Source: Acanthaster planci (Eukaryota). From it: a stretch of 64,000 bases of DNA. The notes under the pieces are model-generated. The model was not told the DNA's origin. It made no database searches and was given only the letters and a program-made list of their open reading frames with translations. The DNA lies in assembly GCF_001949145.1 (NCBI RefSeq), contig NW_019091360.1, positions 2,726,864-2,790,863 on the forward strand. Direction: 5' to 3'. Both the position numbers and the translations under genes were made by a program. This document shows, one piece after another, positions 14,201-27,991 of the stretch (the stretch's first letter is position 1; each line of letters starts with the position of its first letter).

Positions 14201-17046
14201 AAGGAATGAAACATTAATATAATACATTGTAAAAGGGAGCGCTGCCATATCACTGACCAGTCTGCATCTACTATCACAACAGCTGCACTCAATGTGATAA
14301 GTCAGAAATGGGACGAAACAATCAGGTTTTTGAAAAGTGGTACCACCCTCAAAATAGACACAATTTACATTTCGAATGAGGTTACTGCCAAAAATGTATA
14401 AAACAAGTTTCCTTCTAACTAGTCATAGACATAGCATCATTACACAACAGTAAGGTGATTTTATGTACATGTACAGAAATTACCATTTCCCCCGTCTGTG
14501 AAACATAGTTTTTTAAAAGCTGGTAAGTGGTCTTTAAATGTTTCGTTCCAAAATGGCAATGTTTACATGTTTAGAACACAATCATATATTGTAAAGGTTT
14601 TTATTTCTTTCCAAAACATCTATGCTACTTCATACATGGCTTGAAAGGCAAATGCAGTCATTATTTAGGTCATCATTAATGCTGCTGTTTGATGTATCAG
14701 CAAAGGAAACTTCTTGACAGGTCCATACCCGATGCAAAATACAAGGAATAACCGAGAACCAGTCGTCAAAGTTTCAGTAAAAACCACATTTTCATCCAAG
14801 CAACAATCAATATAAATAGTGGCATTCACAACTCATCAATATTTACATCAAAGTTTATCCTTGGATGCACTTTATTCCACAAAAAAGTTTATTTTAATGA
14901 AAAAATTTCATTTAACTTTAATTTGTATTGGAAAAAATGTGCAAAAGGGGTTTCTTTCAAGGTGAATATTTTAGTTTTTTAATAGAACCCTTACACATAC
15001 TAAACAGCAGATGATCACTTCAAATTCTGCAGTTGAGTTGACTATCCACTCTTAGCGCAACAAGAGAGGGCAGTGGTTTTTTGTGGTAGGCCTATTCACC
15101 GCATAAGTGCATGTTTATAATAGAGATCAATGGGTGCTTGACGTGCAGCACGCCGAGTACATTAACAAATTTTTTCCTTAATGTATGGTCCTTGCGTACA
15201 CGCAGAATGCGTGCAAGAACCTACTTGGAAAACTTACTACCACCTTTCTTTCTTTTGCCGCTTGGGGGTGCACTTCAACATGGCATACCCAGATGATGGA
15301 TGCATTGTGGAAGTGAGGATTAGCTATGGTTTTCAGAACAAAAAGGCCACTGCTTTCCAGCTGGCCAGGATGAGACTTGAAGGATAAAGAGAAGACCATG
15401 AAACATCTAACAGTTGGGTTGTAGCAATGACTGTTTAAAAAAACCTTGACTTTTGAGGACTTGTAATGGCCAACAAAGCTCAGGTTCTCTTCCAAAAGGC
15501 CATGATGAGAACTTGGCCCTTGCTCAAAAAGCGGAAATAAAAAAAAGAAAGTCCTGAATGATTAAACTTCTTAAAAATCCACCTTTTTGGCCCCATAAAT
15601 GGAAATCTGGAGAAACTTGAAATCTGTCACCCCTGCATAACTTGGGATAACTGGGAGTTTGTTGGATTCGTCAACATGTACAGTAGGGCCACGTTTCAAG
15701 TCTTTAATACTTTCCAAAAGTAACCACAGTAAGTTTTTTAAATAAAAAAGTATTCGGTGTAAACACCTTTTTTTTGTCAGCATGCACAAAATGATGGCAA
15801 CTTGTCAAACTAAGGCCCCCTTCTCCCCATACATCCACTGTACAATACTTTCCCCTCTCAGTATGTTTTACATATGTGCACATCTTTTCCTTAAATATAC
15901 AGTTTATGTATAACTTAAATACTCACCTACTTACAAACTTTTGGGCACGCCAACAAATCTCCTTCCTAAGATTTCTTATTTACAGATATAAAATCGTAGG
16001 CACCGATTTTTTGGACACAAATCGCACACATTAGCAATTCGGTCTATCAAAATTTAAGCATAGAAAAATTTGAGCATGAAATTTGAAAGCTGATCACAAC
16101 AATCTGCATCTTTCCTAACTTTGATGCTGATGTTCCCACATTCAAGAATCAAACTAAAACCGAATCTTAAATATGGTTTAAACTTGGACCAGTCATGCAT
16201 ATAAAGTACATCATGGTTTTGTCTTTAATACCCATATAACTGGGGTCACACGGCAGAAAGAATCTAGGAAGTTATTTTGCAGACCAGCGTGTTATTACAA
16301 CTGAGTTCATGCATGTGAGGTTGGTAGCTTTGGCAATTTTAAGAGCTTTAGCAAAAAGTACAAAGGAATATTAATTTGGAGCTTCTTGTATGTTACAAGA
16401 TGCTAATGTTACATTATTACACAGTGGAATGAAGCGAGGAGGAGGTGTGGATAAATGAGTAGGCAGTGCACAGAATCAAAACCAGTATAGAGAATAGGTT
16501 GTTGTACAAAGTGGGCAAATAGTGCTTAGAACAGTCAACAGTGTACAGCAGCGGGCAATAGTAAGTAGAATGAACAGCAAACAGTACACAGAAGGGGAAA
16601 TGGAATATTGCTACACTAAAAATACACACAAAATCCTGTCCTCGCCCTAACAATTTCAAAGAGTGACACTCGGTTTCTGTAGAGTTACATTCTTTTAACA
16701 ATATTGCCTCAGCTTGCATATGCTACGTCTCCCATCACATGCTGCAGTATTTGAACATGGCACTCTGCAACAGTTTCAGGGAATATCTGAAACTGGTACC
16801 CTTTGGCCAGAAACCATCTATCTTTTGGAGATGTAGTCTGTGCTTATACAGTCCTCATCTGTCTGTGAAAAACTCTGCCATGTTGCCGTGGCAACATGGT
16901 GCACCAAAGAAATCAATTTGATTATGGTGACCAGATGTGCCGACACACAAGTTTTCAGTTCTAATGGCAGTGCCACTGTCTGAATCTGTACCACTTAAAT
17001 AACCTCTGTACAATAATTACCCCTTGCCTACCAAGTTGGGTTGTTG

Positions 17047-20000
17047 TCATGACGACCCTGCAGCGCCCTCTGGTGTTGAGGCTGCGCTAACCTTTTTCTC
17101 ATCCTCTTTGTCCTCTGAGTTGTTGGCCAAGTCAAGCCCACTATCAGGTGACAATTTTAGATCGTCAAAATTCTGTTCGGTTGGGAAAATAAACTTTTAT
17201 CAAATCAGAAGCCTGGTGGAGATCACGAGGTTAATCACATAATTCTTTAGTAATGAGAAGCTCCTCGATCTACTTTGAATGGCACCTGCTACAAAAAGGT
17301 CATAAATTAAGGATTTGTTTTTGAAAAATCAATGGAAAGTTCATGTCAAGATTTACCTCTAATTCTTGCATAACTTCGTCCATGAAGTCCGTAGGGTTGG
17401 CCTTGTAAGCTGCTGCTGATTTGATTGCTTCTCGGAAAAGCTGTGGAGTGAGAAGTATGGGAAACATTCCGTAACCAAAAGGCTGACGTGACAAAAAGTT
17501 GAAACTGACTTTTCAATACGACAGAGTAAAACAAGACACTGGGATATCAACTCCAGACATGCTATTAAAAATTGGAAGTTTGGGGTAAAAAGTAACGAGT
17601 CACTTCAAAACAACAGCAAAAAAGACATTCTAAACATTCAGTAATATAAGAAATGTTAATAAAGTTGGATAAATGTTCTTCTTTGTATTATTTCTAGAGG
17701 GATGTTGTGTACCTTGACAACATTTGTGCCATCAGCTGCGGAGACAAAGTAAAATGGTAAGTTGTACTTCTTGGCAAAGTTGAAGTTCTTCTGGGTAATG
17801 TTGTAGTCAACTATAAGAAATGAAAAAAAGACAAGAAATATTATTTTTATGGGACCCGTATGACTCCTTCCCAGGGTCTGATTTTATGAAACTGCTCCAC
17901 AGGAAAATTTTGCTGTTGAAGTAAACACCGATCCAGAACCAGTCAAGGGCAGAATGAAAATTACAGACCCCAAACAGCTGTTGGCTGGAAATCTACTTCT
18001 TGCTGCGCAAAGATTTTCCCACGCTAAGCAAATATGCACTTTCAACTCCATGATCTTCTTGACTACTTGACCACTACAAAGGTTGATTGTCTCTAGCAGG
18101 CAGGTAGCACCTTCTTAGTTTCACGGCAACTAGAAGCACTTTTCCATTTCCATTTTGCAGATTATGCTTGTAAACACCCTTCACTCTCAATCCTTTCCGC
18201 GATGAATTAGACAAAAAAAGGACAATTTCTGTTCCCCACAAACGAAGGGTAAGGAGTTCTCAAGCTCATTTTTCCCGTTTTCTAGTCAATCCAAACCTTT
18301 GGATGTAAAACATGAGGCAGCAATACAACTGATTCTCATCAAATGCAGATTTCTTCTTTTTCTGCTTTATTTTTGTCTTAACATATGTAATCAACCTGCT
18401 TCTATTTGTACTCACCGTCTATCTTGTTAGCTGCTAGTAGACACGGTATCTTAGGTCTGTAATTCCTCAGCTCCTTATACCACTGGGGTAAATTCTTGTA
18501 TGTTACTTTCCTTGTGACATCAAACACCTTCAAAAACAAAGAAATCCAAACATTTTCAGTTGATTTACATGTAGCAGTTGGCATGTTTCATGAGCTCTCC
18601 TGCCACTATGTACCATGGGCATAATACACAATTCCTGCGAAAAAAAGTTGCCTGATTTGAGTGCAAAACTGCAGCATATGTGATCTGTCACCAGAAAATG
18701 AGCTGAAAGTCAGATTTTTTTTCAAAAAATTGGGATATTGGCATATTTGAATTCAGCAAAAAGAGAGCTTTCCAATGGTACATGTATGTCTACGGAACAG
18801 TTACACTAAAAGTACGAGATAACAATGTGACATTATTCTGGCGGCTTTGCGTCTTTGTTCCTGACACAGTTTCAACATTTCTGACATGGCACGAATAATG
18901 CTATCGTCAAAATTGCTGAGAAAATGACACTTTTAAATATATGATACTGCAAAATATTTAGAATTAAATTGGAGTCAGCCTACTCTTTCCAAATATTACG
19001 AAACCCCCAAACTGACCTCCACTTCAATATGACCTCAAACCTTCAAATTAGAAGAGAGCTGAATGCGACTTAACGCTCATGTTATTGTGATGGGTCACAT
19101 ATAAAAAAAAAAAGTGCTCACGCAGAATGGACAAATGAATCATGCTAATACTGATGGCTACTACGTAAGCCATCGGCCTGAAATGTCAGACTCATGCTGT
19201 AAACTCTCCAGGGTGCCAATATGATTTCAGGATTCATGTTAAGATATGGTGAGCCTGATGAGCTGGGATGCTAACATATCGGCACCTCTGAATGATAGAC
19301 ATCATCAGATACTGTGCAGCTTATAAAGGCCTTGCATGATTATTATGCTCTCTGATTGTGGCAGTCCAATTTTCACCAGGCATGAGGCTGTGCAATGCCA
19401 ACACTAGTCCTCATGTAGCAGACTTTGTGACCACGGAAATTACCATCATGCATAATGTATGGCTCAGGATATAATTACACAGGTAGTAGTAATGGACAAT
19501 TAAGAGGGCCGGAATTGGTCACGGCACATTGAACATGTTCCCTCATAAAATTTTCAACTTGTCTTGTACAAAGCCGCTGGCTGGGCCTTAACTCATGTTT
19601 GACACGCTCGCCATTTTATGCCATTACTAGGACTGACGAGCTAGTGGGGATGGCTCCAAAGTAAGTGAAAAGTCATCCACTAGCCAGGAAGATATAAAAC
19701 ATGTAAGGTATTAGAAATGCCAACCTCACAGTGAACGTACCCCAAAATAGACTTACATGTATGATTAGTCTCACAAGTCATATAAGACACTACTCCTATC
19801 TAATTCACCCTACACAAGCTGGCACTGTGCAAGAATGTGATGGAAAAATTCCTACACTTGAAACTTTTAGAGGAATCGTGACTCTTGTACACTAATGGTC
19901 AGGCTGCAGTTTTCATTTCTAACCCTGCAAAACCTTAAACAAAAAATAAAAGAACAGGTGAATTTTGAAGGATATGGGAGCCATCTGCGTCAAAATGACC

Positions 20001-23000
20001 CCACTAGAGTGAAATAATTTTACCTGCACAAGATAAAAGGCAGTTTACATATTTCCACCAGCTGGGTACATGGTCTGATACATATTTATGATAGTTGAGA
20101 CTAACCATTATGCATGCGTGAGCTTGGTGGTAGTAAGATGGATGCATACTGCTGAATCTCTCTTGGCCCGCAGTATCCCAGAAATCTGAAGAAAAAAATA
20201 AGGTGAAATGACCGATCAGAGAGAGAAATGTTTATCCAGCATATGAATTCTAAAAAATTCGTCATCTTCACACAAACCAGTTTTACTTGCTGTACTGGTA
20301 CCTTGGAGAGAATTTTACTGTCTACAGATGTATAGACTTGAAAAAAAGGATGAAAATGGCTGTTTTTATAACATGAAATAAACATCCTTAATTTAAGGAT
20401 AAACACAAATACCACATGACTTTTACGGAACTGGACAGTGTAGTTCCCAGAAACCAAGTCAAAAGTTCCAGAGCAACCAATTTCACAGAAATATACTTCT
20501 ATCCAATTGTAAATACATGACATTTTTTGCCACAAACGGAAACACATGAATAACAAGATTCCCCAGTTAAGACGAGACCCTACCTACTGCCACTTCTTGA
20601 CCTCCGACCTTGGTGTTGTATCTGAAGAGAGTAAGTGCATACGTGGAGAGCTGCTGCGGTTGACTGTGAGGAGGAGTTCAGGAATGATCAACTGAATAGA
20701 TCCTTACCAATGTGTACACGCAAAGCGTGTACGCACCATACCTTGGCAGTTTTTACACCGAGTTACCAGTTAAAGTCCTCTAAAATCCTCCACAGAATAG
20801 GACAGGCCTATCTATAGCACTGTAATTCTTAAGCTACACTTTCAAGGAGCATCAAGTCCCGTGTGAAGTAATGATTGGGTTCTACTGCCCGTCATTTTGG
20901 AAATCCTTCTAACTCCCAGGTTTGCTTTGAAGGGTCTGGGAATATTCTGATGACCTGGACGAACAATACAACATGCACAAGAAAGATATCAGACTAGATT
21001 TAAGTGGATATATGTGATGAGTTGAGTCTTGTAGAGATTTAAAATGTAGAGATTTGAAGCGTAAGATGCCTACACATAATTTTTCCAGGAATTTTATTCT
21101 CAATCTTCCAAAGTGTAACACTGTGCGGCAGATAAATGGCACCATCGTACAAGAACCAAATTGGAGTATTGATTTCTGTGAAAGTAGCCTTCACAATCAT
21201 GTTGTTCAAACCAGGCAATGCAAAATCTGCAGCTAGGGGAGAATGAAGCTTACCTGATACAAAAGAAGCATTGAATGAACATGAGAAATGACTTAGCCCC
21301 TCCATAAAAATTGCTTAAACCCTCTCCCCAACAGAAGAAAAATGTAAATACCAATTAGCCATTACAGCATGCCTGACATCAAGCAAGCCATTATCAGCAA
21401 AGTGATTGCTCAACCAACCAGCCACATCAAAGTAAGTGAGCCATTCACTCTGAGTCCACCCAACCATAGATCAGTCGAGTAGAAAAAAGTAAAAAACAAA
21501 TTAAAAGGATACTATCCATCCATAAGAAACCTCTCCACCAACCTGCAATGATAAAGAGATATGGAAATAAGTTATAGTTCAGAGGGCGTGTAACATCAAA
21601 ATATCCTTCGCCGGCTTTATATTCTGTATGCACAAATGCACTGTAATGTGTAAACAAACTGTATAAATGTATACATTATTAGTGTTAGAGTAAAACTTAA
21701 GGGGCCATTCAAAATTTCCAGTGTGTTTAAATTTTGATTTTGTTTTTGAAACAGTGGGCGGTTGGGTCAAGGAAAATACAATACAAATGAAAATCGAAAT
21801 TCCTTTTTGATATTAAAAAAAACCAACAACAAAAAAAGATCTTTTGACTTTCCTGAACTCCGGAATGGTGACCGAACTGAACTTCATGATATGTACAACC
21901 ATGGTACAGCATACGAACTGGGCACACATGTGCAGAGAGACATTCATGTATTTACTTTTAATGTGCAAGTATACATGGACATGTTCGTGCATGCAATTTC
22001 ATGTAGTAAGCTGGACCGGGAGTTTTACAACTGGATGACAAAATCACCTTTTTTGTTTATCGAAAATGGGGTTAGGTAGATGGGTGGGTCAAAAAAAAAT
22101 GGAAATTTAAAAACTTTGAAATTTTTGAATGGTCCTACATATGAGTCTTTCAGAATTGAACTGGCATTCGTGTTTCAATGAACATGCAAGATCCGCACAT
22201 AGTTTCAATACAGTGTATTATTCTAGGGCTGAGTCATTTCAAATAATTCACTTTTCGGATATTTGACCCTTAATTCAATCAAATATCCAAATATTTGGTC
22301 GTACTGACTAGCAGGTTGTTGAACAATGTATACAAAATCAGTTGTGATAACGCACAAAATTGTACATTATAATCACTCAAGTCTAGGAGTACATGTATCT
22401 CCAGCCACAATTAAGTAAGATTTAAAAGAGGAACAATACTTCTTGCCTTGTTGAAAATTTCTATTCCTTTTGACTTCTTGAACTGGTAATTTACTTTTTA
22501 AATTGTTAGAAGATTTCTGTTGCTTTTCATTTGAATCTGCTTGAAACAAGCCTCCATAGCGGAAATTTTTTGATTTAAAACACAAGAAAATTTTCCCTTC
22601 CTTTTCGTGAATTTTGCATTTGAATATTCAAATTCAGAAAATAATATTCGAATATTCAATAATTGATCAAATATTTGGATCTTCGGCACAGCCCTATATT
22701 ATTTGTACTGATTCTCCATGCAATCAAATAAAACATCGCTGCAGCTGAATTTATCTGCTTTGAAGAACCGGCCAATGCAGAATATTCTATTCAGCCCACT
22801 TCAAATGTCTTAACTGGTTGCTAGGCAACTGGCTGAAGATGGTTGAGTCAAGGCTGTCTCAATACAAGGAGTTCTTATTCTATTGCATTACAGCACTATG
22901 TCAATAGGTCTTTTTTTAACTGTGACATTTGGGTGACCTCAACATCAAACATTCACATCACACTGGCATTCTTGTTCAGGATTTACATGTCTCTGTAAAA

Positions 23001-26000
23001 TGTTAACATGTTAAGTGTAGAGTTGCTCAGCCCACTCAAATTCAGAACACCTAAATGTAATACCGTCAACAATCAGATCGTTAGACTGTGTTGAGTCAGC
23101 ATCTAGACTTGATTGAGGAAATCATATTATTCATCATTTAGATTAATTACATGTAAGTCCTAAAATGACTTACATGTAAATGTACAGTACCTGTACATCT
23201 TACACTAACATGACTAAATTCTAACTTTAAACAAAATAAAGAACCTGTGAAAAGCTGACACTGACTAATTTCTAACCCTACTTCTTTTGATTATTATGAG
23301 GATTGAAGAAACAAATTACAACATGTACATGTACCAAAACCTCTAATAAAAAACCAGCCAAGTGCTTTTCCCATCAGTGTTCATCCATATCACAAGGGGG
23401 AAATGATTTTTTTTCACATAGTTGCCACACCTGTTATACATGTAATAAAATTAAAATGAAGAATTACTTTGATCCCTTTCACAATGACAAAGCAGTAGAC
23501 GCGACACATCAACTCTGGGAAGGATCACTGTGATCGATCATATTTTTTGGCGTGGCAACATCACCAGTTGCGAGATGCATGAATGATACATGGACACTTG
23601 TAACATATCATGTAATCAGTTCGCAACCAATAAAAATTCACTATCTATGACCGTGGTATAACAATTTTTATTGTACCACTATCATATCACCCTGTCCATT
23701 TGAATGGGAACACAGGCAGTCGCAACAAATCAGTAACACAAAATGGTGGATTGTAATTTTCCTCCATCTTGTCGAACCCGTGATGCTTTCAAATATTAAA
23801 TTTTACTAATTTCAATTTTACTAATCTTACATGTACATGTACGTTAGTCTATTAAGTCAGAAAGCACATGTACAGTATAAACCATTGTGACATCATAGGG
23901 AGAAATGCACTACTACATGTATATTCTCACTTCACACTCTTTTCTTTGTCATGATCAGCTCCATGTATATGGATGTGTGCATGTAGGCTGCCATGTGCGA
24001 GTACTGATACTACACAATCTCACTTCTCTGTGCACCCATGTCAATGCATATCTACACGTACCGCACATGTGCTGTCCCTATGCAATGAGCTACACCGTAC
24101 ATGTACAGTTAGTTTCTTCTAATGCAATGTCTCGCTTTGGATCCCCCTCAACTTTCCTCACGCTCTCTGTCCAAGATTTAAAGCATTTTTTTTTATTCCG
24201 CAATCTTTCTCCAGGGTGTATTTTTTTATTCTGAGCTTTCTTGTGATAGGTGACACTGGTTTTATTTCAAAGTAAAATCCCTAAATTCTCACTGAAACAA
24301 AAGTAATTGACTTACTGCACCACCAAAGGATCAACAGATTCCATACAGTACATGTTCATGGAGTATATCTGAGTGTTACAAGAATTGGTGTTCTTAGTAT
24401 TTTGACTGATTTTTGTTCTTAAATTAAGTTAACTTTGACTTCACTTCAATAAGTTTCAAAGTTTGACTAAAATCCTATATGGAATATTAATATTTTGAAG
24501 AACGCTGGACGTCAGTGAATGACAGGAATACAAGTCAGTTTGGTTGTACATGTAGTAAGTAAAGCGTACATCACCATAATTTGCACACAATGTTCATTTC
24601 ATTTTACAGGGTCTCAGCTGTCTCCTACTTCTGCAATTCATTGCTCTTTAACTGGTAACAAATTTGTGTGTTTACTGGACTGGGGTTTTGTGATGTAATT
24701 TAAGGAAAAAATACTTTTATTTGCCACATCTTGACTTTCCCCTATTTCTCCTCTTCTTTTTTTCAACATAATTTTGAGTAACAGGAAGACACAAATTTTT
24801 GTTTTTTCAAACAAATTATCCCAAAGTAGTTATAACCCATAGGCCTAATGTAATTGAGCAATTGATTTGGGTAAGTACTCTTGACCTAAAGGAAACTTTT
24901 GTTCCATTATTTCTGCAAAAACAAGTTAAATATAAAAAAAGTTCCACATCTTAGCAAAGGATATCTTGAAATTCTGGCAAAATTTTAAAGGTGTACATGG
25001 TTTTCAGGCCCCAAAGTTTGACAACACTTTAAACAGTCCTGATTCCAGAGATAAGATTGACCAATGATAAAAATAGCTGAAAACAGCTCCAAAAAGACAT
25101 AAAAAGATGAACTGTGAAAATCTCCCATGTTTTTGTACAAAGCCAGTGAGGAAAAAAAGCTGAAATCCAAAAAAAAGAAAGATGAAATCAGCTGAAAAGC
25201 TGAAAAATCTCATCCCTGTGATACTTGGCAGTAAGTTGACCGCATTTCAAACATGTCGTGGTCGAGTCAACTCTGACATGACTGATCATGAGCTAATAAT
25301 AGTGATCGTTTATAAATGTTCTTGACAATAAAAACATTTGCATTTGGCCTAAATAGTAAAAGTTTACTTTGCTTTTTTTTCCTCAATAGGCCTAGGCCTG
25401 ATGAACTTTTAATTTACACATCATAGCCTGCTGCAAAGAGGACGTTGATATGTTAAATCAGCATGACAAACATGTAGGCATGATCTACATACACACACAC
25501 ACACAAAAACTAAACATATCACACAAGAACTGACATTAAATCTTAAAATGCATACACAGACAGGACAAAGAAAAAGACCGTAAAAGGCTGCCTAAGAGAA
25601 AGACCAAAAAGTGAATTCAAACACTGTCGCTAAAAGGGTGTGTCTCTCCGTATCCTCCACAGCCATGACAGCACATAACACAAACAAAGATACATGTACA
25701 TGACCCAGTACATGCAAATATACATGGGGTTAAAAGAGATAAAAAACAGTCACTGACAGTGCAACGGGATGGATTAAATACATGTATGGAGAATAATAAA
25801 AATGAATGTAAAATTAGGGTAGGAGCTCCAGTTCCTGACAAACCGAGATGGAATTGAATGTCTAAATAGGGCCTACATCAGTGTGAGCATACAAATGGTG
25901 AAATGTTTAACTGGAACTTGCATGTCTGATCGACGGTAAATTGTCAGTAGCCTACATGTACATATTTCATGCTCAGAGATACATGTACATGCCAAGAAAG

Positions 26001-27478
26001 TTAGATTTGCGATTACTTGTGAGCGTGAATAATTTGTAATTTTAGGGTAGGACTCAACGATAACTGCCGGCGCGTGCAGTGCTATCGTCCCCATGGAGCA
26101 AACCTGTGTGAGTTACCCTGCACTGGTCATGCTATTTAGCGTCAACAAGCGTCAACACATACAACAAGCGTCAACAACTTGAAAATGCCCTCTAAAGATT
26201 TAAAAGTGGTTTCATCATATTTTAGAGACTCTAAGACCTGCCACTGTGCAAGAGAAACATCAAATTCGCTTCCAGATTCACGCAGAAAAACGAAACTTTT
26301 TCGTGATGCATGGAGGCTGCCACTTTTCTTTACTCTACCGTCCACGAGAAAACTGGATGGCGGCCGGTCGGGCAACACGAGCAGGCCCGAATTTGTCGCT
26401 CAAATTTCCACACTCAAATATCATTTTCAATAATGCAATACATTGAATACGATATGTAGGAGCCTTACTAATGTTGTAAATATAAAACATTTGCATAAAA
26501 ATGCTTGAATATTTTGTTGACGCTCCCTTGACGCTAAATAGCATGACGGTCATACTAATTACCGTCAACAAACCGTCACCACAGCATCAACACCCCCAAA
26601 CATGTTCAAATCAAAAGAAGGGGTACTCGACCATAACATGTTTGCCAAAGGGATAGTTTGCCTGAACTTCAACAGGTTAGACTCAGGAAAATTATTGTTT
26701 TAATTTGGCCGAATCACCTCCTTTGAACAGCTCAGAAATCAGCTGCCATGTTGCCTCTGGGGCAACTGGGACCATACCACTGGAGGGTGGTGATATTATA
26801 TGATAAACAAACAATGCTCTTTCCTTTAAAGTTACTACATTTGTATTTTTCTTAAGACTGAAGAATTGTCCCTTTTCTTATTTTGACAATAACTGTGTTA
26901 AATAAAATCTAAGATGTTGTGTCTGCTATATTGATTTTTACTGTCTTAAAAAGTATTTAATTTATAGTGCAGCATATCCACACCTAAATGGTACAGTCCA
27001 AGCTCCATATAAGGAGGCAAGATGGCGGTAAACAGCTACACTGCTAGAGTACATTTGTTTTTTCGTGTGAAAAAATCCATTTTGCAAATTGATTTGTGAC
27101 CTCCAACTACTGGAAAATCTCTTTCAGCCCGAGTATTACCTTTCTACGCCACTTTTGTGAATTAGAATTGTATTTTCGGGAAGTTAACGCTGTGTTGACG
27201 TTACTATCGTGTGTTGACGGTAATTAGTAAGACCCTAGCATGACCCCCCCCCGCACTGCCACTGCACCGCATCCATGGCAGCACCGAGAGTTGACAGTTC
27301 GAGTTTAATATTTCATATTTCCAGGATGAACTGACACGGGTGATCACGAAATCACTCTTAAATGTACTTACTTTGATTTTCCAACAGCTGAATCCCCGAG
27401 ACAGATGATTTTCACGGTGTTTTCACTCGTCTTTCCGCCCGCTTCGGGCAAGATAGCGTCGCTTGTGTTCGCCGCCAT
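17047..27478 (-). CDS. RABL2: Rab-like protein 2 (RABL2A/B orthologue; IFT-associated ciliary small GTPase), 238 aa, 8 coding exons
   Basis: Exons 27478-27372, 21542-21513, 20663-20584, 20185-20106, 18527-18416, 17810-17713, 17440-17357, 17172-17047 (717 nt). Motifs: VKIICLGDSAVGKSKL (G1), QPQQLSTYALTL, DFWDTAGQERF (G3), ANKID (G4), FVSAADGTNVVKLF (G5), DFMDEVMQELE. There is no C-terminal prenylation cysteine, as expected for RABL2. Confidence 0.97.
18677..19101. mobile_element. MITE with ~35 bp imperfect TIRs (TATGTGA...TCACATA), RABL2 intron 4
   Basis: Left end tatgtgatctgtcaccagaaaatgagctgaaagtc aligns with the reverse complement of the right end, tatgtgacccatcacaataacatgagcgttaagtc. Confidence 0.7.
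20664..21512 (-). other. U12-type (minor spliceosome) GT-AG intron 2 of RABL2
   Basis: The 5' splice site is GTATCCTTTT (U12 consensus RTATCCTTT). A branch-site-like TTCCTGAAC (20684-20676; consensus TTCCTTAAC) lies ~12 nt before the CAG acceptor, and there is no long U-rich tract. Confidence 0.85.
21701..22136. mobile_element. PIF/Harbinger-like MITE
   Basis: Starts taa|ggggccattcaaaatttcca. The right end reverse-complements to aggaccattcaaaaatttcaa. The right TSD is not clean. Confidence 0.6.
22224..22696. mobile_element. hAT-type MITE with 8-bp target-site duplication
   Basis: Termini TAGGGCTG...CAGCCCTA, flanks tattattc / tattattt (7 of 8 identical), and subterminal gaatattc-like repeats. 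Confidence 0.8.
26125..27245. mobile_element. Two nested Mutator-like MITEs in RABL2 intron 1
   Basis: Outer element: ggtcatgctatttagcgtcaa ... ttgacgctaaatagcatgac(c). Inner element 26548-27235: ggtcatactaattaccgtcaaca ... tgttgacggtaattagtaagaccc, flanked by the 9-bp duplication tagcatgac (26539-26547, 27236-27244). Confidence 0.8.
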
Positions 27479-27483
27479 CTTGG
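27471..27483 (-). promoter_or_regulatory. YY1-like motif overlapping the RABL2 start codon
   Basis: CCAAGATGGCGGC on the minus strand matches the YY1 consensus CAAGATGGCGGC, which is common at housekeeping-gene starts. Confidence 0.4.
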
Positions 27484-27991
27484 AAAAACAAAATATGTGA
27501 GCGATGCATGCCGGGAGAATCTTAATTGGTAACCGCACAGAAATATTTGCAAATCGAGTGAAGCAAAAAGTACCAGCGAGTGATTGATTTCGCAAGATCT
27601 ATGGAGAGCAAATAAAACAAAACTATCATTCCTCGGATTTTGTTTTGTGTGGTTTTTTACTCCGATTAGACAAATTAGGCAAATAAAGTGTGAGATAAAA
27701 AAAAAAGTGCTCCCAAGTATTTCATCCCAGGCAAATGCAACACTTTAGTTCCCTTTATTCGGTCAACATTATGGTTTGAGGGATTTTTGATTTTACTGAA
27801 GCCAATGTAGGTAGCTTGTAGTTATTTCTAGTGGTGTCCAACAGGGCTCCTTTCAGTTCTCTTGAGCTGTTTATTTTCTGTTTCCCTTGCTGTTTTGAGA
27901 AAATTTGGCTATTGGGACAGCACAAACTATATGAAAATACGCAATTTCACCAAAAATTGGAGCTGGGAATGATATTACATGTATTGGTGTC

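Noticed and set aside
19633..19690. Hammerhead ribozyme (CTGACGA followed by a stem)
   Set aside because: The required GAAA after stem II and stems I/III are absent.
19917..19930. Telomerase RNA template-like CTAACCCT
   Set aside because: Short motif that recurs elsewhere (e.g. ~23272, with a related AACCCTAACC at ~55311) with no pseudoknot or H/ACA evidence.
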